DNA of 64,000 bases, from the NCBI GenBank assembly GCA_024679065.1, contig JAGIQG010000002.1, positions 59,892,001-59,956,000 on the forward strand, in the 5' to 3' direction. This document shows positions 13,000 to 25,552 of this stretch, piece by piece; the first letter of the stretch is position 1, and the number at the start of each line of letters is the position of its first letter. The notes below the pieces were generated by a model, which searched no databases, was not told the origin of the DNA, and was given only the letters and a program-made list of their open reading frames with translations. This stretch comes from Sphyrna mokarran (lineage: Eukaryota). Position numbers and translations under genes: made by a program.

Positions 13000-13330
13000 A
13001 AGGCAAAAAGGCACTACGACCAAAGCCATCTCACGAGCAGGCCATCAAGTTTCTGAAGATGTCCTTCTGGTGCCAGGACTCGTCAAGGGGCACCCTGCAA
13101 TCACCCTCACGAGAGGCTTATTCATTGTGATGGTCTGCTGTGCTTGCCATAGTTTGTCTCTCCGGTGAGGTGTGGATTTTGGACAGAGTAAAGTACTGGA
13201 ATAACACATGCTGGAAGAAGAGGAGAAGCAGAGAGAGGGGAATAGAAGGAGGAGGATGCAGAGTGCTCGGCTGTGCAGGGAGGTGGCCAGGGCTGGTGAG
13301 GGTCTCAAAGGTCCCGTCAGGGTGCTGCTA
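13000..13330 (+). pseudogene. Harbinger transposase C-terminal remnant
   Basis: KRHYDQSHLTSR, LKMSFWCQDSSRGTLQ, IVMVCCACHSLSLR then an acidic run; compare consensus LKMRFRCLDRSGGALQY...VVCCALHNLAL. Confidence 0.8.
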
Positions 13331-13334
13331 ATGC

Positions 13335-13478
13335 CAGGAATACAAAAAATACTGGAAAATCCCAGCAGGTCCTGGCAGCATCTGTGAAAAGGGAACAGAG
13401 TTGACGTTTTGGGCCCAATATGACCCTTCTTCAGAGCAGTTTCAAATTTCCAGCATCTGCAGTATTTTGCTTCCATCA
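13335..13478. mobile_element. Short Penelope terminal-repeat-derived unit (inverted arrangement)
   Basis: aaaatactggaaaatcccagcaggtcctggcagcatctgtg followed by an opposite-sense end, tttccagcatctgcagtattttgctt; same family as 19575, 28275, 44570. Confidence 0.75.
13398..13437 (-). ncRNA. Minimal type-I hammerhead ribozyme motif (one core mutation)
   Basis: - strand reads CUGAAGA-A-GGGUC-auauu-GGGCCC-AAAA-C-GUC; GAAA box changed to AAAA, consistent with CpG decay; GUC cleavage triplet present; stem I imperfect. Confidence 0.65.
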
Positions 13479-14679
13479 TTTAATTCAAGCGCATTTCAAC
13501 TGACTCGCTTGACTCAAGGAAGAACAACATAGCGTGGAACTCACCTTGATCAGTCTATGAGAACACTTTTATCAAAAACACAGCTTGGAGCAGGTCAACT
13601 GACTGCAATGAAGGATGCACATCTGCCCAGAGGTTTCACTGTCACTGCTCAGGGATTTTTACTCCCTTTCCCATTTTCTTCTCTTCAGCCATTGTGAAAA
13701 GGAGGCACACATATCTGCCCTATTGTGTCAATATTTGCATGGTGATGCAAAAGCCAATAAGTTGCTGCATTCAGCCAATTCAGCACGGTTCCCCTTGTTT
13801 GCCCTCATGGAGGTGATTTTGGCTTATAGCTGAGATGCAAATGGAATTTGTCCTCATTGTGGAAGTAGATACTCCTTACTTAGAGAATTCAAACGAGGCC
13901 TTTCATGATGGTGTCCCTTAACAGGTGGCACTGTTAACCTCCTCAGCTTCTGTCTCACCATTAGACTGGGATCAGCTGGCTTCTCCTTTAGACTCCTATG
14001 CTGACTAATCAAAGCTACATCCCATGAATGTCAGTGTGCAGTTCCCTTTGTGCTGTTACATGTGGCTTTCCATGAGGTTGGCTAATCTCTCAGTTGAGGA
14101 ACTTATGCACTCAAAGCATTGAATCATGGTAGTTCAAATGAGCTGGATGGACTCTTCTATTCTCTACCCATGATCACACATGGCCTCAGAGAAATCTGTC
14201 ATGTGAGGACATAGCTGTTGGTGCTGGTCTAAGTACAACCTCCTTTCCTGAAACTTCTGAGGTGGTGCGTCTAGGCCCAGCTGAGCAGAGATGTATTTGT
14301 TCTCATTCCTCTGAAGAGTACCAGTCACTGCTGTCACAACTCCTGCCACTTTCTTGTGCACACTGCTGCTATGTTCCTTCCTGAGTGACACACTATCTAA
14401 GTCTGATGTAGAGACACACTGAGCTGACTGCACTGGGGGATGGTGTGTTTGTAAGATATGATAATGCTTGATATGAGCTCAGCTGTGGCTGCGCTGTGCC
14501 CACTGATGATGGAGTCTAATGACCTCAATTTTCATGCAAGAAGAGATCATGAGAGTTAGTTTTGGATGACAGAAGCTTCTGCAATGTTAAGGCTTTTCAA
14601 TGCAACTCAGTATTCTGCAGTTGGATGGGGTAGATTACAATGTACCATCTTAATGAATTCACTGCCCTTTCTAATCACT

Positions 14680-14900
14680 GTTGTATTAATGTGCTTGCTA
14701 ATATGTACAACATAATAACTTAAATATCTGATTACGTAAATAGTTATGTCATCACAGGAAGTGATGCATCAGCCATTTTAGTTAGTTGATCTGTACAGTC
14801 AGCAACACAAGCAGCAGCAGCAGTAAGAAGCCTCCATTAAAGATCCACATTCAACCTCTATACCTGTCTTCAGCTTTGTTAGTACTAGAAAGATATAATA
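14680..14900 (+). mobile_element. Solo-LTR-like insertion (~220 bp) inside the Harbinger relic
   Basis: Starts tgttgta, ends atataata (imperfect inverted termini); ATTAAA at ~14837; sequence unrelated to flanks. Confidence 0.45.
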
Positions 14901-15009
14901 TAATGATCACCATCTCCATCACAATGCTCATTTTGCCTACATAACATCCTGTGGCCAGTGACCTTGACAATGCCCATTGCTCCATAGTGATGATAACTTA
15001 TAGGATTGG

Positions 15010-15520
15010 AAGCCCACTTCGTGTCAAGTCTCTCTTTTGAGCATTAGAAATCTATTTCTCCCGCAAAGAAAATAAGTGTGAGATAAGGCACTGATGGCCT
15101 TCACTACCAATCCTAGCAGTTTCTATTCATTAGAAGCTGCAGGTTTCAATGCTTGCAGGTCCTTAGCAACGCTGTAGTTCCAAGCCATTCTGAGGAGTCA
15201 TGATGTGCCCTGGGAAAATGCTCTTCCCATGTTTATGCGATCCTCAGCAGACGTGTCTGCTGGTGCACAGAGACCAATCTTGAGAATCTGATTTGCACTT
15301 ACCCTGTCAGCGTGAACCAGGTCATTAAACATTTTCCTGTTGTGTATCCAGATTCAACACACCACACAGCATCAGCTCACTGTGGTAGTAACCTCTATTT
15401 AGGCCTGCTTGATCTGATTGGATGGCCCCTTCCTGCTATCCTCCGGAAGGAGGATATGCCTTTCCTCCTTCACAACATCTAAGAGGATCTCCAGGTGTGC
15501 ATCTACAAATAGAGGGGTGG
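15010..15520 (-). pseudogene. Harbinger Myb/SANT-like ORF2 remnant, two exons (downstream part continues to ~13500)
   Basis: Exon ending WIHNRKMFNDLVHADR at 15303, donor GTAAGT; intron 15061-15302 with mutated acceptor; next exon EK*ISNAQKRDLTRSGLP. Confidence 0.75.
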
Positions 15521-16379
15521 TCCTTCCTCGGTTCCCAGGCCTCTGCCTGTCTTGAGACATCTTTCACACAAAAGTAAAAGCAATGACACAGTAGCCATGA
15601 TAATGGCTGCTGTCCCTGCATAAATCAGATCTACACCTGCACAATCTTGCCATATCCTTCCCTATCCCTCACGTTGGGCCATCAGACCTGTCTTCAAATG
15701 GTGTCTGTCTCCACCACTGACTAACTCCCCCGCCCTTGCAGCCCCCAGCCACTGCCCCTGCACCCCCACCCCCAGGTCAATTCTGGACCCTGGAAATAGT
15801 CTTGATGTTTTCTGCCCAGCCCAGGAAGGAAAATTCTACCCACCATGTCAGTTCCTATAAACTGCATTATCACGTACTTTTACTTTTTGTAGTAATTGCT
15901 GGATGCAATACTTTTCTGTATGGGAAAACAAACCATTTTGACAGTCCAAAGAGCACCTCACCAGCAAGTAATGTGAAGAGCACTTTGCTGGATGTGACTG
16001 TGGATGAATACTTCACAATTTGATCTATCATTGGTCTCTAATATTTTCAGTTGGTTAATACATAAGGAGGCTCTTAAAGTTAAGGGTCCTTTAGCTAATA
16101 AGATTCCATTAGGCACTTTGTAAAAGCTGTTAAATGTTAAAACATTTAATTTACTGACAAACTGACTGTGGTATGTACCTAATAAATGTTTCTGCATAGA
16201 TTTTGAAGTAATTTTCAGTTATTTACATTCAGATAACTGACTAGATACGCTGTTTTTTGCGATATACCCATTCTCAGTGGCATTAATGAAACTGCAATGG
16301 AGAATATTTTCAAAGAATGTTTACTCTATTCTTAGAGTTACAAGGCCAATGTGCAGACTGGACAGGGCAAGCTCTTAAC

Positions 16380-17780
16380 CCATCTCTTTGCTTGCTCCAA
16401 ATATCAAATCAATGTGAATCCAATTCATGGTCCCACAAGATAAGCATATAAATTCAAGCTGACAAGTAAAGGCATTGCATCTGATCTTGGGCTTGACCTG
16501 ATTATTCATCTTAGTCAAAAGGTCAAGAAGTGATAAACCGAGAAGAACAGGCACTATACTTGATCTAAATCTAAAAGCAGAGAAAAATGAAACAAGTGTG
16601 TTCTAAAATGTTTCCTAATTATGCTGGTTCACGAAGATATTACATTTGTCAGAAATGCAAATAAGCTTGAGCTGAAACTCAGACAGAGTTAGAACAGAAA
16701 AACATGATGTTCAGTGAGCAACATCACAATAATTTGAGGAATTCCTCCATTCTTGGCTGTAAGGCAGAACCACCTAGATGTACTTATGGTGTTGTAGAGT
16801 TGGACTGCTTGTGTGATACCAGGCCATCGCATTGATTGTAGGCTCCTGCTCTGCATTTAGGAAGGCAGAGATGATCTCAACGGAGTATCCTTTTTTGGGT
16901 GTGTCGAACATCCTGGAGCTTTGTGGTAGATACGAGCAGTAAGCTCGTGATGGTGGAGGAGAAAGTTTCTACATCTGATGTCAATGTAGAAGTGAGGGCA
17001 ACAGTGTGATTGGCTGGGTCTCTAAAGAAAGAACCTGCCACCGTTTGTGATTTGCCTGGCACAAAGACAACTGTATATTGGTACTTCATCAACCAGAGAA
17101 CTACTGACTATGGATAGGTATTTTAACAATCTCCATGGAATTGAAGGGTGTTATGAGAGGCTTGTGATCTGTTTCTCCTGGAAGGATATCCTCATCAGGT
17201 AATCAGCTAAATAGCTCATATTTCCACCAGTGCTTTTTGATAATAATGGCATACATTTGTTCAGTTTCCATGGGAGGATTTATTGAGCTGTGTAAGATCT
17301 ACACAAAGCCGGAACTGACCATCAGTGACCAGACTGGAGTACTCCTGGGTTGGCTGTGTGACTAGAGAAATATAGCCAGATGTAATATGTGGTTAAGACC
17401 TTTAATCCTCGGCAATAGTGGTAAAGTAATCTTCTAGGGGTGAACAGACACTGACATGGCATCTGGGAGCAGAGAAATGTGATATTCGATCTTCAGCTTC
17501 ACCAGTTTTTGAAAAAAATTGTAGAAATTTTTGACAGAAAGTGATGGTGGTGTGGGATGGAAGAATTTCATTGATTTTCTGTATGAAGCCTAACTGTACA
17601 CATAACCTCCCTGCCCCCTAGGGTTCGGTTGTGGATGACAAAGAGCTCGTTGATCTTTCAGCCCATATAACATAGGGTGGCAGTAATTTGATCCTTAATA
17701 GGTAGGACTATACCACCCAGCCCTTGGAGTTTTATAGCTTTTGAATGATGAGGAATTGTGCAGAGTAATCCAAGGTAACC
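16380..17780 (-). mobile_element. Decayed Ty3/Gypsy pol fragments (protease-RT linker, RNase H end, integrase start)
   Basis: MKYQYTVVFVPGKSQTVAGSFFRDP resembles the RNase H C-terminal Y.PGK....AD.LSR motif; WIHIDL-like integrase motif at ~16407-16425; many stops and deletions. Confidence 0.75.
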
Positions 17781-17789
17781 AAACGGCAG

Positions 17790-18160
17790 TTTTAGGAAAT
17801 AGATATCATTTAAGGTGATTTATATTGGTATTCTCTGGTTTGGACATAAGCTATAGCTTTAAATTGAAGTTTTAGCTTTAAGTTTAAGTTTAAATTATAT
17901 TTCTGTGGTTGAGTGTGAAAGGAATTTTGATGTTTAATTTCACTTTGAAAGATGCTTGCATTTTAATAAGATTTAATGATCATTAAGGTGGGGAAAGATA
18001 TGTTGTTGCCCAGAAACAAAGGACCTACAAAGACTACAAAAGCAGTTTCAGTTCATTTGAAGGTACATGAGGCCAAAACAAGATCATTATTGTCTTAGAC
18101 AGTGGGTGTCCTGTGCCTGGCATCAAAAATAGACTAAATTTATGTCACCATTGCCCCAAC
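17790..18160 (+). mobile_element. Possible LTR fragment
   Basis: AT-rich LTR-like sequence abutting the Gypsy remnant; no diagnostic termini. Confidence 0.3.
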
Positions 18161-19660
18161 CATGTTGTAGAAGGTGTTAGGTCAGAATTCTAGCAAGGAA
18201 GAGCTGCAGGCATATCAGAGTTTCTACTTCACAACTAGCTTCTTGATGCTATTTATAGTATGTACATTGTGAGTTACAAGGAAGGGCCAGCTGCCACGCT
18301 ACTCCATTTTGTACCTTACGCAGACTACCTGATGTCAGTGCAACATTGCAACATCAAGATTTGCCCCACAGATGGGCAGCACATCCATTCTGTTTACTCT
18401 TTATCCTAGAAATTCCCTCAATAAAACTGCCTAATATGTTTCTGATGCTAATGTTCTGAGAATGTCATCAGCCATCCTATTCTATTAGATAACCTCCAAA
18501 AATAAAATGTCTCTTCAGAGAAGAGTGCTGTGGTCGCTTAAGAACTGCTTCTCTGTAAATTCTGGGGGTCTCAAACTCCCTGCAAATGGAAAAACCATAT
18601 TGGAAGAGAAGGTAAGTTAAACAAATAGCTTTACCGAGTCAGTTCAGGTTCTTAGCTCGTATTTACATGTAGTTAAACACTAGAAAATTGTTAGCTTGAC
18701 CATGTACTAATTCCTAATGTTTATATTGTGACGAGAGTGAACTATTTCATAACTTGTATTTTTGCTTTGATGCCCAATAATTTGAAACTGTCTCAGCAAT
18801 TGATTGGTTAATTAGAATAATTAAATAAGATTGTGATCAATTATAAGATGTGAATCAGCCTACACCATGTTAAATGCTAAATTGAAAGGATAGCTATTGT
18901 TTGGTCACATAATACACGGGAAATTACATATCATGCACAGAAAATAACAAGTAACACAACTGAGTGGGATTCAGGAAAAGGCATAACTTTTGAACTGTTT
19001 TGTACACTCTAAACTAATCTTGCATTGTCCTACGGAAATACAACCCAACTATTTTATATAACTTACGCAAAATACTGCATTTACATAACATCCTCTGCTG
19101 CAATTGGCAGTGAATCTGCCTGAGGAGGTGGTAAGAGTACCACATGGGGTGTGATGGATGAGAGTGAATTAGTTATCACTGCATCGTGATGCCCTTACTG
19201 AAGCAAGATAACACGTGACTCATGGTCGGATATCACACCCTTTCCTGATACAGTGCAGTACTAGTTTTATTAATTATTTTCTGTATATGTTGGAGCAGAT
19301 TTTCTGCGCCCTTGCCTGTGGTGAGAGACCTCATGCCCTGCAAATCTGCACCGGAACTTTGTGGGTAGGAGGCCTGTGATTTTCTATTGCGCTCACAGCA
19401 TGCAATTTACCTAGTCATGGGAGAGGATGCAGCACATCTCCTCTGTTACTTTTTTGCTGTATAAAGCAGAACCACATTTTGAAGCAGTTCTATGAGGTAC
19501 CCTTAATGATCATGCTGCCGTTGATCAGGGCCCAAAAAAAAGTACTCAGACAAACTACTATCCAGGAGACACCAAAGCTGGAAACCTGAAATGAAAACAA
19601 AAAATGCTGGAAATGCTCAGTGGGTCTGGCAGCATCAGTGGAGAGAGAAACAGAGTTTAA

Positions 19661-19787
19661 GGGTGGGATTTTATGGCCTCATTCGTCCTGAAACCAGAAA
19701 ATCCAACCAGAGGTCAACAGGCCTTTCCATGATCCGCCCCTTACCTCTCCGATTCCTGTGGCGGGCAGGTCAGTAAAATTCCAGCCA
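19661..19787. mobile_element. Harbinger-type MITE (~126 bp)
   Basis: Imperfect TIRs gggtgggattttat / gtaaaattccagcc, inserted after TAA; similar to 37736-37862. Confidence 0.7.
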
Positions 19788-19818
19788 ATGTCTCAGGCCG
19801 ATGACCTTTCATCAGAAC
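19787..19818 (-). ncRNA. Degenerate minimal hammerhead motif, disrupted by the MITE
   Basis: - strand reads GUU-CUGAUGA-A-AGGUC-auc-GGCCU-GAGA-CAUU; the stem-I partner (aac) lies beyond the MITE. Confidence 0.6.
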
Positions 19819-20344
19819 ATGTTATCACTGGCCTGAAACTCTGTTTCTCTCTCCACAGATCCTGCCAGACCTGCTGGACGTTTGCAACATTTTCTGTAGT
19901 TACGCGAGGATTGTTGCTGCCAATGTTCTCTAGCACTGAAATCGCTTGATTTTCTGGGGTTGGCCTGATGGATTGATATCACTGAAACATGCCTGACTCA
20001 TGCAGGAGATTTTGCACCTAACTACCACTGGTGAGATGCAAAGAGCTGTAATTTTCATATCAAGCTGGCACGGTTATCACTGATCCAAATGTGATACATC
20101 ATGATTGGAGCATATTAGACTGATGAAAAGCCAGTGTTTGGATGGTGACCAATCACTTTGCAAGTTCTGGCACATCTATCTGGCAATGACCATGGACCAT
20201 TTTTCTTGGGATCATTATCAAAAGAGTGGAAGATACAGATATTAATCCAATATCATGTAATATAATTTTGCTGCACTCAAAATGAGTAATGATCAGCCAA
20301 GTTGTGAAATCTCTTTGTAAGATCTTTATGTTGGACTGTTTGTA

Positions 20345-20720
20345 TATCAAAAGCCAGCAAAACCTGGTGTCAGCTTCAAGGCCAATGTTTATTACCCATT
20401 CAAAATAGTTCTAAGAAGGTAATGGTAAGCTGCTTTCTTGAATGGCTTTCTAGATCTTTTCAGGAGACTATCAAGAATCAGTTACATTGCCGTAGATGTG
20501 GAACCACATAAAGACTAGACCGTGTAAGGAAACAAATCGCCTTTCCTATAAAACATGAGTGAATCAGATGAGGTTTGTCAATAATCCTGTAGCTTCACAG
20601 TCACCATTATTGTTATTAGTTTTTTATTCCAGATTTATTTAAATTTCTCAACTGCCATGATAGAATTTGAATTAATGGATCAAAACATTAATCCAGATTA
20701 GTCCAGATGTCTGGGTGATT
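20345..20720 (-). mobile_element. SINE family 2, decayed
   Basis: Colinear with 55238-55766 (gtttattacccat, ttttttattccagattt, aaatttctcaactgccatg). Confidence 0.65.
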
Positions 20721-20724
20721 AGGG

Positions 20725-23700
20725 GTAGCCTATCAAAATGGTATAGTTACTGGACAAGTAACCCAGAGGGTTCTGTACCCAGCTTTAAATCCCGCCATGC
20801 CAGGTGGAATTCATAGAGTCACAGAGTCATGGATGTTTGCAGCATGGAAACCCAATTTGTCCATGCTGCCCTTTTTTTTAACTCTAAGCTGGCTCCAATT
20901 GCCTGTGTTTGGCCCATATCCCTCTGTACCCATCTTACCCATGTAACTGTCTAAATGCTTTTTAGAAGACAGAATTGTACTCGCGTCTACCATTACCTCT
21001 GGCAACTTGTTCCAGACACTCACCACTCTCTGTATGAAAAAATGCCTCTTTTGTATCTTTCCCCTCTCACCTTAAAACTATGCCCTCTAGTTTTAGACTC
21101 CCCTACCTTTGGGAAGAGATATTAACTGTCTAGCTGATCTATACCTCTCATTATTTTATAGACCTTTAAAGATCTACCTGAAGCCTCCTACACTCCAGAA
21201 AAAAATGTCTCAGTCTATCTAACCTTTCTTTATAATTCAAACCATCAAGTCCTGGTAGCATCCTAGTAAATCTTTTCTGTACTCTTTTAATTTAATAATA
21301 TTCTTTCCATCATAGGGTGACTAGAATTGTACACAGTATTCTATGTGTGGCCTTACTAATGTCTTGTACTACTTAACAAGATGTCCAAATTCCTATATTC
21401 AATCTTCTGACCATTGAAACCAAGCATGCTGAATGCCTTCTTTACCACTCTATTCATCTGTGACTCCACTTTCAAGGAGCTACGAACTTTAACCTCCAGA
21501 TCTCTTTGTTCTTTAACTCTCCCCAATGGCCTACCCTTAACTGAGTAAGTCCTACCAAAATGCATCACCTCACATTTGTCTAAATTAAACTCCATCTGCC
21601 ATTCATCAGTCCAACAAGATCCAATTGCAATCCTAGATGACCTTCTTCAAGGCCCACTGTGCCATGAATCTTGGTGTCATCTGCAAACTTACCAACCATG
21701 CCTACTAAATTCTCATCCAAATCATTGATATAAATAACAACAGCAGTGGCTCTAGCACTGATCCCTGAGGCACACCACTGGTCACAGGCCTCCAGTTTGA
21801 AAAACAACCCTCCACAACCACCCTTTGTCTTCTGTCATCAAGCTAATTTTGTATCCATTTGGCTACTTCAACCTGGATCCTGTGAAACCTAAACTTATGC
21901 AACAACCTATTATGTGGTACATTATTAAAGGTCTTGCTAAAGTCTATGCAGACAACATCAACTGCATAGCCCTCATCTACCTTTTTGGTTACCCCTTCAA
22001 AAAACTAAATCAAATTTGTGAGACATGATTTTCCACTCACAAAGCCATACTGACAGTCCCTAATCAATCCTTGCATTTCTGTAGATCCTGTCAATCAAAA
22101 TACCTTCTAATAACTTACCAACTACAGATATGAGGCTCACCAGCCTTAGTTACCAGGCTTTTCTCTGCAGCCCTTCTCAAACAAAGGCACAACATTTGCC
22201 ACCCTTCAATCTTCAGGCACCTCATTCGTCACTATCGATAATTCAAATATCTCTGCTAGGGCAATTTCCTTCTTAGTCTTCCATAGTATCTTGGGAAACA
22301 CTTCATCAGGTCCCAGGGATTTATCTATTTTGATGTGCTTTAAGGCTTCTAGCATCTCCTTCTCTGTTACATTTTCACTCCTCAAGACATCACTATTTAT
22401 TTCCCCAAGTTTGCTGACGTCCATGCTTTTTCTCAACAGTGAATACAGATGAGAAACATTCACTTAGGATCTCACCCATCTCTTGTGGATCTACACATAG
22501 ATGACCTTTTTGAAGCTTAAGAGGCTTTACTCTCTCCCTAGTTACTCTTTACGTATTTGTCGAAGATCTTTGGATTCCCCTTTGCCTTATCTGCCAAAAT
22601 AATCTTGTGTCCTCTTTTTACTACCCTGATTTCTTTCTTAACTCTACTCCTATATCCTCTGTACTCTTCAAGAAATCCACTTGATATTAGCTGCCTATGC
22701 ATGTCATGTGCCTTCTTCTTCTTTTTGATCAGAGCCTCAATGCTCTGAGTCATTCAGGGTTTCCTACTTCTATCAGCCTTGCCCTTCACTCTAAGAGGAA
22801 AGCGCTTACCCTGAACCCTGGTTAACACACTTTTGAAAGGTTCCCTCTTACCAGATGTCCCTGTGCCTTCCCACAAACTCTCCCGAATAACTGTTGAAAG
22901 TTCCTGTCTGATACCACCAAAATTAGCCTTGCCCCAATTTTGAATTTTAACTTTCAGGCCAAGTCTATCACTCTCTATAGCTATCTTAAAACTAATGGAA
23001 TTATGGTCACTGGTCCCAAAGTGATCCCTCACTGACACTTCTGTCACCTGTCCTTCCTTATTTCCCAAAAGGACATCAAGTTTTGTCCCCTCTCTAGTCG
23101 GGCCATCCACACACTGAATGAGAAATTCCTCCTGAATGCACTCAACAACTTTCTCTCCATTCAACCCTCAAATACTGTGGCTGTCCAATCAAATTTGGGA
23201 AGTTAAAATCCCCTACTATTGCCACCCTATTTTTCTTGCAGCTATCTGTAATCTCCTTGCATATTTGCTCCTCAGTTTTCTGCTGACTATTTGGAGGCTT
23301 ATAGTACAACCCTATCAAAGTGATTTCCCCTTCTTATTTCTCTGTTCAACACATATAGACTCAGTGGGCGAACCCTCAGATATATCCCCTCTCAGTACTG
23401 CCATGATGTTTTCCTTAATCAAAAGTGCAACTCTCGCTCCTCTCTTTCCTCATGTTCTATCTTTCCAATAGCGTTTGTGCCCTGGAACATTGCGCTGTCC
23501 TTCCCTTCACCATGTTTTAGTAATTGCTGCAATATCCCAGTCCCATGTATCCCTCCATGCCCTGAGTTCATCTGGCTTGTCTGTAGCTCTCTTGAATTGA
23601 AATAAATGCAGTTTAATCTGGACTTCCCTTGCTCTTGGTCTTGCTTCTGTGTGATTTGTCTAATACTAGGATTATTGACACTGCCTTTAATATTTAATGT

Positions 23701-24015
23701 GCTGTCTTTAACTTCTGTGCTGTCCTCAACTTTCTCTTTTGTCTCCCTACTGCTTTGGGTCCCACTAATGAAAAACTCAATACACTCAATAAAAAAATCT
23801 AGAATTAAAAGTCTAGTGATGACAATGAAATAGTTGTTATAAAAACATCTGGTTCGCTAATATCTTTTAGGGTAGGAAATATGCCATCCTTATTTGGTCT
23901 CATCTACATGTGACTCCGACTAGAGTGTGGTTGACTTTTAAATGACATAACAAAACATTCAATTCACAGGCAATTAAATGCTGGCCTTGCCATTGATGCT
24001 CACTTTCCATCAAAC
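20725..24015 (+). mobile_element. SINE family 2 (+) split by a CR1 insertion (20725-20811 / ~23785-24015)
   Basis: Head ...aaatcccgccatgccaggtggaatt resumes as tcaataaaaaaatctagaattaaaagtcta...ctacatgtgactcc...aaatgctggccttgcc. Confidence 0.7.
20812..23765 (-). mobile_element. ~3-kb CR1 LINE covering the ORF2 APE endonuclease, RT and tail (stops and frameshifts)
   Basis: FLIQCVDGPTREGTKLDVLLGN and DHFGTSDHNSI (APE), [36 protein letters not shown] (RT); catagagtcacagagtcat tail. Confidence 0.95.
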
Positions 24016-25243
24016 AATGTTAAAAATGTAAAAAGTCACTCACCTTCACTTTATTCTTTTTGAATCTTATTAAAAAACTTGTCCTCCCAGCCTTTGCAAA
24101 TGCCACTAATATGTTTAGATGACTTTTTGATACCTTTGAAGTCTTTCTGAATTTTGGTACCTTCCACTGTTTTAACCCTCACTTTAAATATGTAATAAAT
24201 GCCCCCATATTTACTGCCTAATACCCATCTCAATTAACTTCCTTAAACATTCTTGGCATTGGTGTGTAGCACTATGTGGTATATGTTATTCCAGTCCCAC
24301 ACAAACATGGTTGAATAGCAGACGATCTTATTCAAGTATTTTACAGCTGATTGGGGAAGTGTAATGTTATCACTTGGATATAAGGAAGACAGTATTTTCA
24401 ACTGCAAAATATACTTTGTGCAACTAGAGATTATGTGCAGAACAGATCAAGTAATTAATTGTGTTGTTATAATGATATATCTTGAACATACTTTGTGTAC
24501 AAGAAACAAGGCACCAGTCATTTATAAAGGTTTAGACAAAGGAAAACAAACTTGTATTCTTTTAAAGTTTCAAGACACTAGAAGCCAAGCATACTCTGCA
24601 CAAAATAAAAGTGAAATTACAACTAGATCACAAGGTACATTTCCTTTTTAATGATGTTGTGCTGATATTCCTTGAAGGTATATTGTATCATTGCCCACTC
24701 CTTTTAAAAATACATTTTCCCCCTCCAAAGAAATATAACTATTTGCAGTACATGTTCATATTAGTTGCTATTACATACATTCATAAAACTAATGAATCCA
24801 CAAGTCTCTAAAGCATAAAAGTAATCTGTTGATACATCCATATCTTGTGTTGGTAACCGTGTCTGGAGGTTTATTTAATTGCTCAGTATCTGAGTGATTG
24901 TCATTCTTGGATGCTGTTCCTGTTGCATTTGGGGTCTTGTCCTAGAGGCAATAGAACTCTATGATGGTTGAGGAGCTGGAAAGGATCTGATTAATCCTCA
25001 TTTAGAATTGTGCATTTGTGTGTAATAACTTCATAAAACCTTCATTCTAAACAAATCTTTTTTATTTTGGCTTGTTGCCACATGCCTTCTGCGGGAAGCT
25101 GGATGTGAATTACTGGTCGTAACTGTAAATTTGACAATTTTATACCTGCATTTTTATTGTGTGCATTTGTGATCTTTCTTTGCAGTTTTAAAAGTTGCTC
25201 TCTAGTTTCTGAGAAAGTAGAATAGTTAAAATTGGTACACAGA

Positions 25244-25552
25244 GTGGCACGGTGGCACAGTGGTTAGCACTGTTGCTGCACAACACCAGGGATCCTGGTT
25301 CAATTCCCTCTTGGGTCACTGTCTGTATGGAATTTGCATGTTCTCCCTGTGTCTGCGTAGATTTCCTCCGGATGCTCTGTTTTCCTTCTGCAGTCCAAAG
25401 ATGTGCAGGATTAGCCATACTAATGTCAGTGAAGGTTGCTAGGGTAAATGCATGGGGTTATGGAATAGGGTATGGGTGGGATTGTGGTCGGTATAGACTT
25501 GATGGGCCGAATGGCCTCCTTCTGTACTGTAGGATTCTAAACTTCCATGATT
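25244..25552 (+). mobile_element. V-SINE (HE1-like) with type-A, CR1-like tail
   Basis: ggcacggtggcacagtggttagcac head, ggttcaattcc B box, V core, tail gggccgaatggcctccttctgtactgtaggattcta. Confidence 0.93.

Larger units (their letters stand above)
12058..15841. mobile_element. Decayed two-gene PIF/Harbinger transposon (transposase +, Myb/SANT -), with nested insertions
   Basis: TIR-like ends ggacctgaattttc (12058) and gaaaattctaccc (~15829-15841); convergent transposase and Myb remnants inside. Confidence 0.6.
19575..19900. mobile_element. Penelope terminal-repeat-derived inverted unit
   Basis: ~60-bp inverted repeat: aaaatgctggaaatgctcagtgggtctggcagcatcagtggagagagaaacagagtt (~19601-19657) versus aactctgtttctctctccacagatcctgccagacctgctg...cattttc (~19837-19895). 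Confidence 0.8.

Noticed and set aside
25244-25310. tRNA gene (also at other SINE heads)
   Set aside because: A/B boxes belong to tRNA-derived SINE heads; no cloverleaf and they continue into the SINE core
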